Notes under the pieces: model-generated
What the model was told of the DNA's origin: nothing
What the model saw: only the letters and a program-made list of their open reading frames with translations
The model's database searches: none
Program-made: the position numbers and the translations under genes
Assembly (NCBI GenBank): GCA_903960515.1
Contig: CAJCBL010000023.1
Span: 7,909-71,908, forward strand
From: an uncultured Verrucomicrobiota bacterium
GTDB lineage: Bacteria; Verrucomicrobiota; Verrucomicrobiia; Opitutales; Opitutaceae
Length of the DNA stretch: 64,000 bases
Direction of reading: 5' to 3'
In this document: positions 17,074 through 27,970 of the stretch, piece by piece
How the letters are laid out: each line of letters begins with the position of its first letter
Numbering within the stretch: the first letter of the stretch is position 1

Positions 17074-17225
17074 GGCGCCAGCTCCCGCGCCGCCGGTTTC
17101 GGTCTTTCGCTCGATCTGGTCACGCTCGCCATGCTGTGCTCCTGAGTGCAGCACGCAAGCCGGCGGCGCCGCAGCCGCGCGAAGTTTCATTGCCGCCGCC
17201 GGGCCGGCTCGCCTACTCCTAGCGG

Positions 17226-17888
17226 GTGACCCAATCGCCCCCGCCCCCCAAGCCGCGCATACACGCCATCGCCGGCTGGCGACGAGTGCTCATCTGGCCG
17301 CTGGGCCTGCTCGTGCGCCTCTGGTGCCGCACGCTGCGCATCGCCCTCGACGAGCCCTCCCGCATCCTCATGGCCCGCACCGATCGGGCCGCGGTATTCA
17401 CCCTCTGGCACAACCGGCTATTCATCGCGGCGGAGATCTACCGGCGTTTCCGCAGGGGCAAACACCTTTACGCGCTGGTGAGCGCCAGCAAGGACGGCGC
17501 ATGGCTGTCGGCTTTTTTCGGGGTCGTGGGTATGCGAACCGTGCGCGGCTCCAGCAGCCGTTTCGGCCGCGAGGCCCTGCACAGCCTCGCCGAAAAGCTG
17601 CACACCGGTGAGGACATCGGCATCACTCCCGACGGCCCTCGGGGGCCCTGCTACGACCTGAAGGGCGGCGGCATCATCCTGGCCCGGCGCACCGGGGCAA
17701 CCACCATCCTGGTGGGTATGCGGTTCAACCGCGCCTGGCGGCTGCCCAGTTGGGACCGGTTCTATCTGCCCCGCCCCTTTTCCCGCATCACCGTGATCGC
17801 GGAGGAATGGTCGGCCGAGCGGCTTGCAGAGATGAAGGACCCCTTAGGCGAAATGCGCGCACGCCTTCTCGCCATGAATCCAGATTGA
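17226..17888 (+). CDS. lysophospholipid acyltransferase family protein (DUF374-like)
   Basis: GTG start. Motifs: LWHNRLF...ALVSASKDGAWLSAFFGVVGMRTVRGSSSR...ITPDGPRGP. Confidence 0.75.
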   Translation: MTQSPPPPKPRIHAIAGWRRVLIWPLGLLVRLWCRTLRIALDEPSRILMARTDRAAVFTLWHNRLFIAAEIYRRFRRGKHLYALVSASKDGAWLSAFFGVVGMRTVRGSSSRFGREALHSLAEKLHTGEDIGITPDGPRGPCYDLKGGGIILARRTGATTILVGMRFNRAWRLPSWDRFYLPRPFSRITVIAEEWSAERLAEMKDPLGEMRARLLAMNPD

Positions 17889-17949
17889 GGCTGGGCCGCC
17901 ACCGGATCACCGGAGGCGGCACCACAAGCACCCTACTCCAGGCGCACGA

Positions 17950-18471
17950 TCAGATCGTGGGCACGAGGGTGATCTTGTTGCCCGGCTCCACTACATAGTC
18001 GTCGCCCGTGCACCAGGTCTCGTCGTTGACCAGGAACTTGAAAATGATCGGCTTGGCGGCGGCCTCGATGGTGTGCGCCCAGAGGTCGTTCCTCACGCAA
18101 TCCATCGCCACTCCGCGCTCCCAGCTCAGCCCCGGTCCTTCTCCTCGTACATAGAGGGAATTCCCGAACCCGACATCGACATTGGCTTGGATGACTGTGG
18201 GCTGCGGGCCGGCGGACTTTGCGCGCTTCACTGCAGCAACCGGCTTGGATGCTTCAACCGGCTTGGTCACCTCAACGGACTTGGGGGCAGCCACAGCCTT
18301 GGGCGCTTCTGCCGGCTTGGGCGCAGCCACCGGCTTGGCGGTTTCGACCGGTTTGGAAGCAGCCACCGCCTTGGCGGCGACAACCGGCTTGCTGGCCGGG
18401 GCCTCGGCGGCGGCCGGCTTCGTGGTGGTAGAACGCGGTGCAGCCGCGGCGGAGGTCTTCGTCTTTTTCAT
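17950..18471 (-). CDS. hypothetical protein: Lys/Pro/Ala-repeat N-terminus plus CBM20-like beta-sandwich C-terminus
   Basis: ATG at 18471. About 85 aa of KPV(A/E)A-type repeats are followed by VDVGFGNSLYVRGEGPGLSWERGVAM...LWAHTIE...IIFKFLVNDETW, which resembles starch-binding-module spacing. Confidence 0.6.
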   Translation of the reverse strand: MKKTKTSAAAAPRSTTTKPAAAEAPASKPVVAAKAVAASKPVETAKPVAAPKPAEAPKAVAAPKSVEVTKPVEASKPVAAVKRAKSAGPQPTVIQANVDVGFGNSLYVRGEGPGLSWERGVAMDCVRNDLWAHTIEAAAKPIIFKFLVNDETWCTGDDYVVEPGNKITLVPTI

Positions 18472-18797
18472 CGGTTGTTATTCGTGTTCGATAAGGTCCT
18501 GACACGGACGCTCTGTTCAGCGAGTCCATCCGCGGTCCCGGCACCGGAAAGCGCCTGACTTGCCCTAGGCTGGCCGCTTTTTCGGCGCTTGTCACCGCAT
18601 TTAGCCGACGATTGCCCTCTTTTTTCGCGTTTTCACCCCAGAACCGGAGGGCCCTAGACCTCAATCCGGCCTCCGTGCCGGTATCGACTAAAGAATTCCA
18701 TTGCCGTCGGCATGTCCCGCCCCCAACCCTACTTGCAGAGGCTTGCGGTAACTAGCAGGCAGCTTTCTCGGGCAGGACATCGGACCTGAAAGTCGAA

Positions 18798-18859
18798 GGC
18801 ACAACACCTCCACCACCCCATCTCGGGGCCAGTGGAGGCGTTGTGCCTTTTTGCTTTTT
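18798..18859 (+). terminator. strong intrinsic terminator with no annotated upstream gene
   Basis: 16-nt stem GGCACAACACCTCCAC (18798-18813) pairs with GTGGAGGCGTTGTGCC (18832-18847) with 1 mismatch. It is followed by TTTTTGCTTTTT (18848-18859). Confidence 0.6.
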
Positions 18860-18974
18860 GGGGGTGGAAGGCCCGAGCTACGCACAGACCTCGGATACCC
18901 AGGACAAAATCACCCGCCGCTAAATCCAGTCATCCACCTTCGAGATACTCGCCACGCCAGCCTCGACCACCCGA

Positions 18975-19427
18975 ATGAACGAACCGCCCTCACCGCCTCC
19001 AGCCGATCGCCCGGCGGCCAGCCTGCGCCTGCAGCCCGAGCACCAGGGCCGGGGCGAACACGTTCTGCACGTCGACGACGACCCCGCCGTCACCCTCTCC
19101 CTCCAACGACTGCTCCAGAAACTCGGATACCACGCAGACTCCTTCAACTGCCCCAAGGCCGCCCTCGACCACTTCCGCGCCGACCCCGCCCGCTTCCGCC
19201 TCGTGCTCACCGATCTGATGATGCCCGGCATGAACGGCCTGCAATTCGCCGCCGCAGTGACCACGCTGCGCCCTGAACTGCCTGTGATGCTCTTCAGCGC
19301 CTACGCCGATGGCTGCAGCGCCCAGGAGATCAAGCTCAGTGGCATACGCGAGGTCCTCATCAAGCCGGCCGGTATCATTCCCATCGCAGAGGCTATTCGC
19401 CGGGCCCTCAGTGCCCTCCCCACATGA
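18975..19427 (+). CDS. response regulator, receiver domain only (CheY-like)
   Basis: VLHVDDDP, the phospho-acceptor context VLTDLMMPGMNG, then LFSAY and LIKP. Confidence 0.85.
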   Translation: MNEPPSPPPADRPAASLRLQPEHQGRGEHVLHVDDDPAVTLSLQRLLQKLGYHADSFNCPKAALDHFRADPARFRLVLTDLMMPGMNGLQFAAAVTTLRPELPVMLFSAYADGCSAQEIKLSGIREVLIKPAGIIPIAEAIRRALSALPT

Positions 19428-20209
19428 CACTCCCTCCGCCCAGCTCACGCGGCCACATTCTCTTCGCCGACGACGAACCCCTCATCCGGGCTTCGCTCTC
19501 GGGCCTCTTGCGCGCCAAGGGGTTCACCTGCACCTGCGTGGCCCACGGCGACGAGGTGCTCGCCCTGTTGAGCCAACAGGAGTTCGACGCGCTCATCTCC
19601 GATCTTCACATGCCCGGCAACGACGGGCTCTCGCTCATCAAGAGCGTTGCCCTGCACCTGCCCGGCCTGCCCGGCCTGCCCATCGTGCTGCTCACCGGCA
19701 ACCCCACCGTCGAGACGGCGGCCCGTTCCGTGCGACTGCCGGTAGCCGCCTACCTGACCAAGCCGATGGATTTCGACGAGCTCAACGAGGTGCTCGAGAA
19801 ATCAATCGCCGAATACCGCGCCCTGCGGGCGATGCAGGCGGGCCGCCGCCGCCTCAACGATTGGGAGGCGGAGCTTGAGCGCATCCTTGTGCAGCACCGT
19901 GTGCCCGCCTCGCTCCCCGGCGGTTCCATGGGCAGCTACCTGCGCCTCACCCTCCGTCATGTGATTCTAGTGTTGTCCGATCTGGAGAGCGCGATCCAGC
20001 ATCTCGAACAACAACCCGGCACGCCCCAGGCGCTTCAGAATCTCGACCGAGATGCCGCCCTGCGGCGCGCCGTAGAGGTGCTGCGCCGCACCAAACAAAG
20101 CTTCAAGAGCCGCGAACTCGCCGAGCTCCGCAAAGAGCTTGAGCAACTCCTCAACCGCGACTCTGCCGGGGAGCCGGAGGGCGCCCCCGTTGCCCCCAGC
20201 GCAAGCTGA
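19424..20209 (+). CDS. response regulator: receiver domain plus uncharacterised helical C-terminal domain
   Basis: ATGA overlap with the upstream regulator. ILFADDEP, LISDLHMPGNDG, LLTGN and LTKP are followed by ~130 aa with no recognisable DNA-binding or enzymatic motif. Confidence 0.8.
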   Translation: MTLPPPSSRGHILFADDEPLIRASLSGLLRAKGFTCTCVAHGDEVLALLSQQEFDALISDLHMPGNDGLSLIKSVALHLPGLPGLPIVLLTGNPTVETAARSVRLPVAAYLTKPMDFDELNEVLEKSIAEYRALRAMQAGRRRLNDWEAELERILVQHRVPASLPGGSMGSYLRLTLRHVILVLSDLESAIQHLEQQPGTPQALQNLDRDAALRRAVEVLRRTKQSFKSRELAELRKELEQLLNRDSAGEPEGAPVAPSAS

Positions 20210-20442
20210 GGCAGGGCTGATTCAGTACGATTGCCAGGGCGCGAACTTGCTGGGCGCGCCGTAGGTCCTGCGATCGCGGGCCCACGCGCCGGTTCCACCT
20301 GAGGAGCACAGGCTCGGCTGGCAGCAAAGACTATCCTTGGCCCACAGCCGGTATCTGCTATCCAAGGCAGAGTTCGCCGCCCCACTGACGACCGCCGTGC
20401 CTCTTTCGCCACGGCCACTAAGCCCAAACCGTCAGCACCACC

Positions 20443-21168
20443 ATGGCCGAACCCACCGTCTATCCCGTACCGCGCATCAAAGACCTGGCCGTGGGCGAAC
20501 GCCCACAGGAGCGACAGGAGCGCTCCGGCCCCGAGGCGCTCACCGACACCGAGCAACTCGCGATGATCCTGCGCAGCGGCAGCTCCGGGAGGAACGTAAA
20601 ATGCATCGCCCAGGATCTGCTCGCGGCCGCCGGCGGCAACCTCGCCGGCCTGCTCCCATGGTCGGCCTCCGACTTCCGCCGGATAAAGGGCATCGGCCGG
20701 GTGAAGGCCCAGCAACTCGTCAGCGTTCTGGAGATCTCGCGACGCATGCTGGAACAGCGCGAGGCGCTCCCGCCCCTGCTGGAGCGCCCCGACCAGGTGC
20801 TCGCCCACTTCCAGGGTGAAGTGCTGCGCCTCGACGTGGAGAAATTCTGGGTACTCAGCCTCAACCGCAAGAACCGCCTGCTGCGCCGCGACGAGATCAC
20901 CTCAGGCACCGCCACCAACAGTCTGGTACACCCGCGCGAGGTCTTTCGCGAGGCGATCAAGGCGGGCGCCTGCTCGATCATCGCCGTGCACAACCACCCC
21001 AGCGGCGACCCCGCCCCCAGCAACGCCGACCTGCAGGTGACCCGCCAGCTCCGGGAGGCCGCTCGCACCGTGGAGATCGGCCTGCTCGACCACGTAATCC
21101 TGGGCAGGCCCGGGGCCGATCCGTCCGGCCGCGGCTACTACAGCTTCCGCGAAGCCGGCCTGCTCTGA
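20443..21168 (+). CDS. radC: RadC-family JAB/MPN domain protein
   Basis: The JAMM-like motif AVHNHPSGDPAPSNADLQVT follows an N-terminal HhH-like region (ELLAIL-type: EQLAMILRSG). Confidence 0.85.
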   Translation: MAEPTVYPVPRIKDLAVGERPQERQERSGPEALTDTEQLAMILRSGSSGRNVKCIAQDLLAAAGGNLAGLLPWSASDFRRIKGIGRVKAQQLVSVLEISRRMLEQREALPPLLERPDQVLAHFQGEVLRLDVEKFWVLSLNRKNRLLRRDEITSGTATNSLVHPREVFREAIKAGACSIIAVHNHPSGDPAPSNADLQVTRQLREAARTVEIGLLDHVILGRPGADPSGRGYYSFREAGLL

Positions 21169-21238
21169 GTCGTGGCCATTCCGGCGCAGGAGCGTGCCTG
21201 CACGCTGCCCAGGGCGAAAACCGAGCTCCTGCAGGCGC

Positions 21239-22291
21239 CTACGGCCGGCGCCACACCGCCCGGCTCGTACGCGCGGTGCCCACACCCAACTGCTCACAGA
21301 AGTCCAGCAAACGGCGGTCGTCGCCAAGCAGCGGCCGGAAACCGGCGTGTTTGCGCTCGGCGTTGAGCCGCTCGATCATCAGCGCATCCAGAAGCACAGG
21401 ATCGGCGCCCAGCCACAGCCGACGCTCGCTGGCGGTGTAGAGCGAGTTGAACAGAGGCCCTCCGATGAACTGGTAGCACTCGAGGCTCACGATCGTCAGC
21501 CGCCAGCTCTCGCGCAGTTCCGGGATGGCCGCCATCTCGGCCACCGCGGCCGGGGCGTTGGCCGGGCTGTTGAAGAAGCGCTGGGTGTTGCTGGCGTTCC
21601 AGAGCGTGGCGTTGACCAGCGCCCCGTTGATACCGAGCACGGGATGGTCGCTGTACACCGGCAGGTTGATCCAGAAATCCGCCTCAAGAAACAGCGGCGT
21701 GGCCAGAAAACTTTTACGGTCGGCGGAGACCGCCCCCGGCCGCCCCTCCTCGTCGTCGGCCTTGCGCTCGAGCACCGCTGGGGCGAAACGCGCGGGCAGC
21801 GGGCTGTCGTAGAACCACTGCGAATCGTAGAAGCGCCCGGATTCCAGCACGAAGACCGGGTGCTCGGCGAAGCTGTTGCCGCCCTTGCTCAACGCGGGCA
21901 GGAAGCCGGTGGCGCGCAGGCGCACCTGGCTCAGCCCGACCAAGAAAATCTGGTTGGGCGCGAAACCGCGCCGCTCCAGCGCGGCGATCACCGCCAGCAC
22001 CAGGGTGGGAGGCGTGCTCAGCCCGGCGCCCGAGTCGGTGTAGATCTTCAACCCCACCCGCCGGCGCGCGCCCGGCAGCAGCGGCCGCCCGGTCTGCGTC
22101 TCGTAGTCGGAAACCAAGCGCTCGACGGCGGCGCTGTAGCTCGCCTGGCCGAAGTCGGGCAACGCCGCCTCCCATACCACCGGCGAGGGCGGCGGCGGCG
22201 CAGCGGGCTCAACGGCGGCCGAAGCGGTATTCGCGGCGACGAGCCACGGCAAAAACGACCAGTACAAGCGCAGCGGCCAAAGGCTTCTCAT
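21239..22291 (-). CDS. secreted hypothetical protein (DUF362-like)
   Basis: Signal-like N-terminus. RVGLKIYTDSGAGLSTPPTLVLAVIAALERRGF resembles the DUF362 N-terminal pattern. The function call is weak. Confidence 0.55.
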   Translation of the reverse strand: MRSLWPLRLYWSFLPWLVAANTASAAVEPAAPPPPSPVVWEAALPDFGQASYSAAVERLVSDYETQTGRPLLPGARRRVGLKIYTDSGAGLSTPPTLVLAVIAALERRGFAPNQIFLVGLSQVRLRATGFLPALSKGGNSFAEHPVFVLESGRFYDSQWFYDSPLPARFAPAVLERKADDEEGRPGAVSADRKSFLATPLFLEADFWINLPVYSDHPVLGINGALVNATLWNASNTQRFFNSPANAPAAVAEMAAIPELRESWRLTIVSLECYQFIGGPLFNSLYTASERRLWLGADPVLLDALMIERLNAERKHAGFRPLLGDDRRLLDFCEQLGVGTARTSRAVWRRP

Positions 22292-22402
22292 GGGTGGAAG
22301 GGCGGGATTCTTGACAGTGGAAAATCCGGGAGGGAAGGTAAAACCTGCAGGTTAGGACTCGCTCCGCGACGCTTCGTGCCCGACCCGCCAACTCCTCCCG
22401 CC

Positions 22403-24256
22403 ATGCCGATGATCAAACCCGCCAGCGTCCGCGACCTCAAGCAGCGGGTGAACATCGTGGATGTCATCTCCGGGGTGGTCACCCTGCGCAAGGCGGGGGC
22501 AAGCTTCAAGGGCCTGTGCCCCTTCCACCAGGAGAAGTCGCCATCTTTCCACGTCACGCCCGACCGCGGGCTGTACAAGTGTTTCGGATGCGGCAAGGGC
22601 GGCGACTCGATCTCCTTCGTGATGGAGACCGAGCACCTCGCCTTCACCGAGGCCGCCGAGACTCTCGCCCGCCGCTTCAACGTGCCGCTGGAATACGAGG
22701 AGGGAGGCCCCACCCGCGAGGAGCGCTCGCTGCGCCAGGAACTCTACGACCTGCACGAGCTCGCCACCGAGCATTTCCACGGCGCCCTCCAGGGGCCGGC
22801 GGCGGTGGGCACCTTCATGCGTGCGTATTGGACGGACAAACGCCGCTTCCCGCTCGAACTCGCCGAGGAGTTCAAGATCGGCGCCTCCGACGAGACCGGA
22901 GGCGGCCTGGCCGCCCTGCTCGCCCGGCACAAGTTCTCCGAGGAGGCCTTCCGGCAGTGCGGCCTGTTCTTTGTGCGCGAAGGAGTGCCCTTCTCCGTGG
23001 GCGCGCTCAAGCCCCGCTTCCGCGGCCGCCTGATGATCCCCATCCGCGACATCCAGGGGCGCGTCGTGGCATTCACCGCACGCCAGACCGACATCACCCC
23101 TGCCGACGATCCGTCGCGCGAGGCCAAGTACGTCAACTCCCCCGAGACTCCGATCTTCACCAAGGGCGACCTGCTCTTCAACCTCGACCGCGCCCGCAAA
23201 CACGTGGACAAGACGCCCTTCGTCATGGTCGAGGGCCAGCTCGACGCCATGCGCTGCTGGCACGCCGGGCTCAAGAGCGTAGTGGCCCCCCAGGGCACCT
23301 CCATCACCGAGCGCCAGCTCCACCTGCTGCACCGGCTCAATCCGCGCCTGGAGTGTTTCCTCGATGGCGACGCCGCCGGGCGCAAGGCCGCCTTCCGCCT
23401 GCTGCCGCTCTCGCTCAAGACCGGCCTTGAGGTGAAGTTTCTCCTGCTCTCCCCCGGCGAGGACCCCGACGCTCTCTTCCGCGACCGGGGCATGGCCGCC
23501 TACGAGGAACTCCGCCTCCAGGCCCTCGACGGCATCACCTTCGCCTGCCGCGCCCTGCTGCCCGACCCCGCCAAGGCCTCCGCACTCGACCGCCAGGAGG
23601 CCATGAAGCAGCTCTTCGAGATCATCGCCCACAGCCCTTCGGAAACCGCCCTCGAAGCCTACCTCGGCCAGATCCAGCGCGAACTGCGACTGGGCCGCGG
23701 ACTCTTTGCCGACTTCGAAACCTTCCGCCGCAGTGCTCGCCACGGAGGGATCGCCGCCGACCAGGACCACCGGGTAACACCCGATTCCGGCGTCACCGAA
23801 ACCTACCGCCCCGCCGGCCCCGAGGAACACCTGCTCCTCCTTTGTCTCCACCACGAGGAGCTCGGCCCGCCCCTGGCCTCGCTGGTCCAACACGACTGGA
23901 CCACAGCGGACTCGGTCGCCGGCCGCCTGCTAAACCGCGCCCTCGCCGCCTTCCACGACTGCGACTGGCCGGGCAAGGACGAGGTGATGAGCCTCGCCCA
24001 CGACGACCCCGCCGAGCAGGCCCTGCTGACCAAACTGCTCTTCGTACCGCCGCGCGAAGACGACCCGATCAAAGTCGCCAACGAGGGGTTACGCATGCTC
24101 CACCAGCGCTTCATCCGCCGCCAGCTCGACCAGATCGGACTTGAAATAGCCTCCATTCGTCCGGACAGTGACGCCGACTCTTCTCTTGTGCTGCGGAAAA
24201 AGGCCGACTTGATCCGACAGTCCAAACACCCGCCGCAGCTCTCCGCCCACCACTAG
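22403..24256 (+). CDS. dnaG: DNA primase
   Basis: Start ATG 22403 (MPMIKPASVRDLKQRVNIVDVI). Zinc finger CPFHQEKSPSFHV...YKCFGCG, with a TOPRIM motif VMVEGQLDA. The 1020-aa ORF in the track is an upstream read-through. Confidence 0.95.
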   Translation: MPMIKPASVRDLKQRVNIVDVISGVVTLRKAGASFKGLCPFHQEKSPSFHVTPDRGLYKCFGCGKGGDSISFVMETEHLAFTEAAETLARRFNVPLEYEEGGPTREERSLRQELYDLHELATEHFHGALQGPAAVGTFMRAYWTDKRRFPLELAEEFKIGASDETGGGLAALLARHKFSEEAFRQCGLFFVREGVPFSVGALKPRFRGRLMIPIRDIQGRVVAFTARQTDITPADDPSREAKYVNSPETPIFTKGDLLFNLDRARKHVDKTPFVMVEGQLDAMRCWHAGLKSVVAPQGTSITERQLHLLHRLNPRLECFLDGDAAGRKAAFRLLPLSLKTGLEVKFLLLSPGEDPDALFRDRGMAAYEELRLQALDGITFACRALLPDPAKASALDRQEAMKQLFEIIAHSPSETALEAYLGQIQRELRLGRGLFADFETFRRSARHGGIAADQDHRVTPDSGVTETYRPAGPEEHLLLLCLHHEELGPPLASLVQHDWTTADSVAGRLLNRALAAFHDCDWPGKDEVMSLAHDDPAEQALLTKLLFVPPREDDPIKVANEGLRMLHQRFIRRQLDQIGLEIASIRPDSDADSSLVLRKKADLIRQSKHPPQLSAHH

Positions 24257-24259
24257 TAT

Positions 24260-26065
<1,806 letters not shown>

Positions 26066-26097
26066 GGCAGGCGAGCCCCCGCTCGCATCGTTTCACC

Positions 26098-26130
26098 AAC
26101 GGCGGACTTCGGTCCGCCGTTTTCTTTTTC
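26098..26130 (+). terminator. intrinsic terminator of rpoD
   Basis: AACGGCGGAC (26098-26107), loop TTCG, then GTCCGCCGTT (26112-26121), followed by TTCTTTTTC. Confidence 0.75.
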
Positions 26131-26415
26131 CCCGGGTTCGCCAAGCCGGAGGGCAGACCAGTGGCGCAAAGCTTCATCTCGCCTGGAGAGCAGAGTGCGG
26201 CGCACCCACCCTGCGGTGAGCCAACGGCCGTTTCGGTCCCCTCACCCGCTCATTCTACTCGCTCCGCCCCCGCGCATCCCCGCGCCCACCTGCTGCGCCA
26301 CTCGCTCGCCCGGCGCCCGATCTTGCAGAAACGCAGCTGCGAATCCGCCCATATTTCCCAGGGCAAGCTATTTTCCCGCCTTCCGCTGGCCTCGACCACG
26401 CCCCTAGTCCACCGG

Positions 26416-26997
26416 CTACCCCACCAGCTTTCCTGAAAGCCACGCCAAGTTGTCGGCGAAACGATCAATCGTCGCGAGCGCCTCAGTGTCGTTGCTCACC
26501 TCTCCGGGCTCGCGGGCCAGCGCCACATTCCAGTAACTGGACCCGGGGACCACCATATCGTTGATCATATACCAGAACATCAGTTGGGCGTAGGTGAAAT
26601 TGTGCCCGGCGCGGCGCGCCACGGCGAGAGGCCCGCCAAGTTTGCGCGAGAACAATCCTCCATTTGCACGCGATACATAGCCGGCGCGGTCCAGCAGCGC
26701 CATCAACTCCGGAGTCGCCGACCCGAAGTAGACCGGCGAGCCCACGATGATGATATCGGCGCGCTGCATCGCCTCGAAAATCGGAGGGAAGTCGTCGTCG
26801 GATATTCCGGGGCAACTGGCGTCCTTCGACTCCCCACAGGCAGCGCAGGCCGTGCAGCCGCGGATAGTCTTGCCCGACAAGGTGACCAGTTCACCTCCTA
26901 TGCCCTGCCCGGCCAACCGGTCCAAACAGCGTCTCAATAGCGTTTCCGTGTTTCCGTTACGACGGGGACTGCCACAGATGGCGAGGGCGGTGCTCAT
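26416..26997 (-). CDS. flavodoxin-like NAD(P)H-dependent FMN reductase / iron-sulfur flavoprotein family
   Basis: ICGSPRRNGNTETLL, Cys cluster CTACAACGESKDASC, and IIVGSPVYFGS. Confidence 0.75.
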   Translation of the reverse strand: MSTALAICGSPRRNGNTETLLRRCLDRLAGQGIGGELVTLSGKTIRGCTACAACGESKDASCPGISDDDFPPIFEAMQRADIIIVGSPVYFGSATPELMALLDRAGYVSRANGGLFSRKLGGPLAVARRAGHNFTYAQLMFWYMINDMVVPGSSYWNVALAREPGEVSNDTEALATIDRFADNLAWLSGKLVG

Positions 26998-27101
26998 GGA
27001 AGGACTCTGGGTGGGCGACCGGCCCCGGTGAAGACCAAAATGGGGCTACAGTCGCTTGGACGCTCGCCGTCCCCGCACCGCCTGCCCACGCTGCTTGCCC
27101 C

Positions 27102-27737
27102 ATGGCAGCCCGCTTCGACCTCTCGCTCTACCTCGTCACCGACCCCGAGATGACCGCCCGCCGCGGGGTTGTGCACACGGTCGCCGCCGCTGTGGCCGGC
27201 GGAGTAACCATGGTTCAATTGCGCGACAAGCCCGGTTGCGCCCGCGAACTCGCCGAGGCCGCTCGCGCCCTGCTAGCCCTACTGCGCCCGCTGGGAGTGC
27301 CGCTCATCATCAACGACCGCCTCGACGTCGCCCACTCTATCGGGGCCGATGGGGTGCATCTCGGCCAAGACGATCTGAGGCCCACCCAAGCGCGCATCCT
27401 ATTGGGCCCCGAGGCGATCATCGGCCTCTCGATCACGGCGGCATGTGAACTCGGCAGCATCGACTCGGCCGTCGACTATATCGGACTGGGCCCCATCTTC
27501 CCAACTGGCACGAAGGCCGATGCAGCACCAGCTCTTGGCGAAGCCGCCTTTGCCGCGCTTCGCCGCCAGATAGCGTTGCCGGTTGTGGCCATCGGGGGCA
27601 TCAACCAGGAAAACATCGCCCGCACCCTTGCGGCTGGAGCCGACGGCGTCGCCGTGGTCTCCGCCATCTGCGCCGCTGCCGATCCGCAGGCCGCCGCCCG
27701 GAGCTTGCGACAGGCTATAGCAGCCGCACGCCGGTAA
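27102..27737 (+). CDS. thiE: thiamine-phosphate synthase
   Basis: LYLVTD...VQLRDK...LIINDRLDVA...ADGVHLGQDD...IGGI...GADGVAVVSAI. Confidence 0.9.
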   Translation: MAARFDLSLYLVTDPEMTARRGVVHTVAAAVAGGVTMVQLRDKPGCARELAEAARALLALLRPLGVPLIINDRLDVAHSIGADGVHLGQDDLRPTQARILLGPEAIIGLSITAACELGSIDSAVDYIGLGPIFPTGTKADAAPALGEAAFAALRRQIALPVVAIGGINQENIARTLAAGADGVAVVSAICAAADPQAAARSLRQAIAAARR

Positions 27738-27970
27738 AGGCGGGCACAAGTTGGCCAGCCAAAATCACCGAGCGGTAACGATTCGGCCCGGCGGGGAAGG
27801 TGAACCGAATATACACAGCTCCTTGTTCATCATTCAGTCCGCTATTCGGCGGTAGGACACTGGGCCGCACCGGCTCGATCGTATACTCTCCGCCGGCAGC
27901 GCGCGCCCTACACCACCTCGCTTCGAAGAGGATGCAGAGCAGCCGGCTCGGGTTATCGCATGATCGCGGC

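Noticed and set aside
18690-18797. Identification of the candidate sRNA as SRP (4.5S), 6S, tmRNA or RNase P RNA.
   Set aside because: The conserved SRP domain IV sequence (GGUCCGGAAGGAAGCAGCC-like), the RNase P GAGGAAAGUCC box and the tmRNA tRNA-like ends are all absent by eye. It is left as an unclassified candidate.
21194-22402. N-terminal 403 codons of the 1020-aa ORF that ends as dnaG.
   Set aside because: This portion is antisense to the better-supported secreted-protein gene (21239-22291) and is Arg/Gly-rich junk. A canonical DnaG N-terminus begins at ATG 22403.
26998-27101. Possible TPP riboswitch upstream of thiE.
   Set aside because: The leader is only ~100 nt, and I could not find the conserved CUGAGA or ACCUGAUCUGGAUAAUGCCAGC-like elements.
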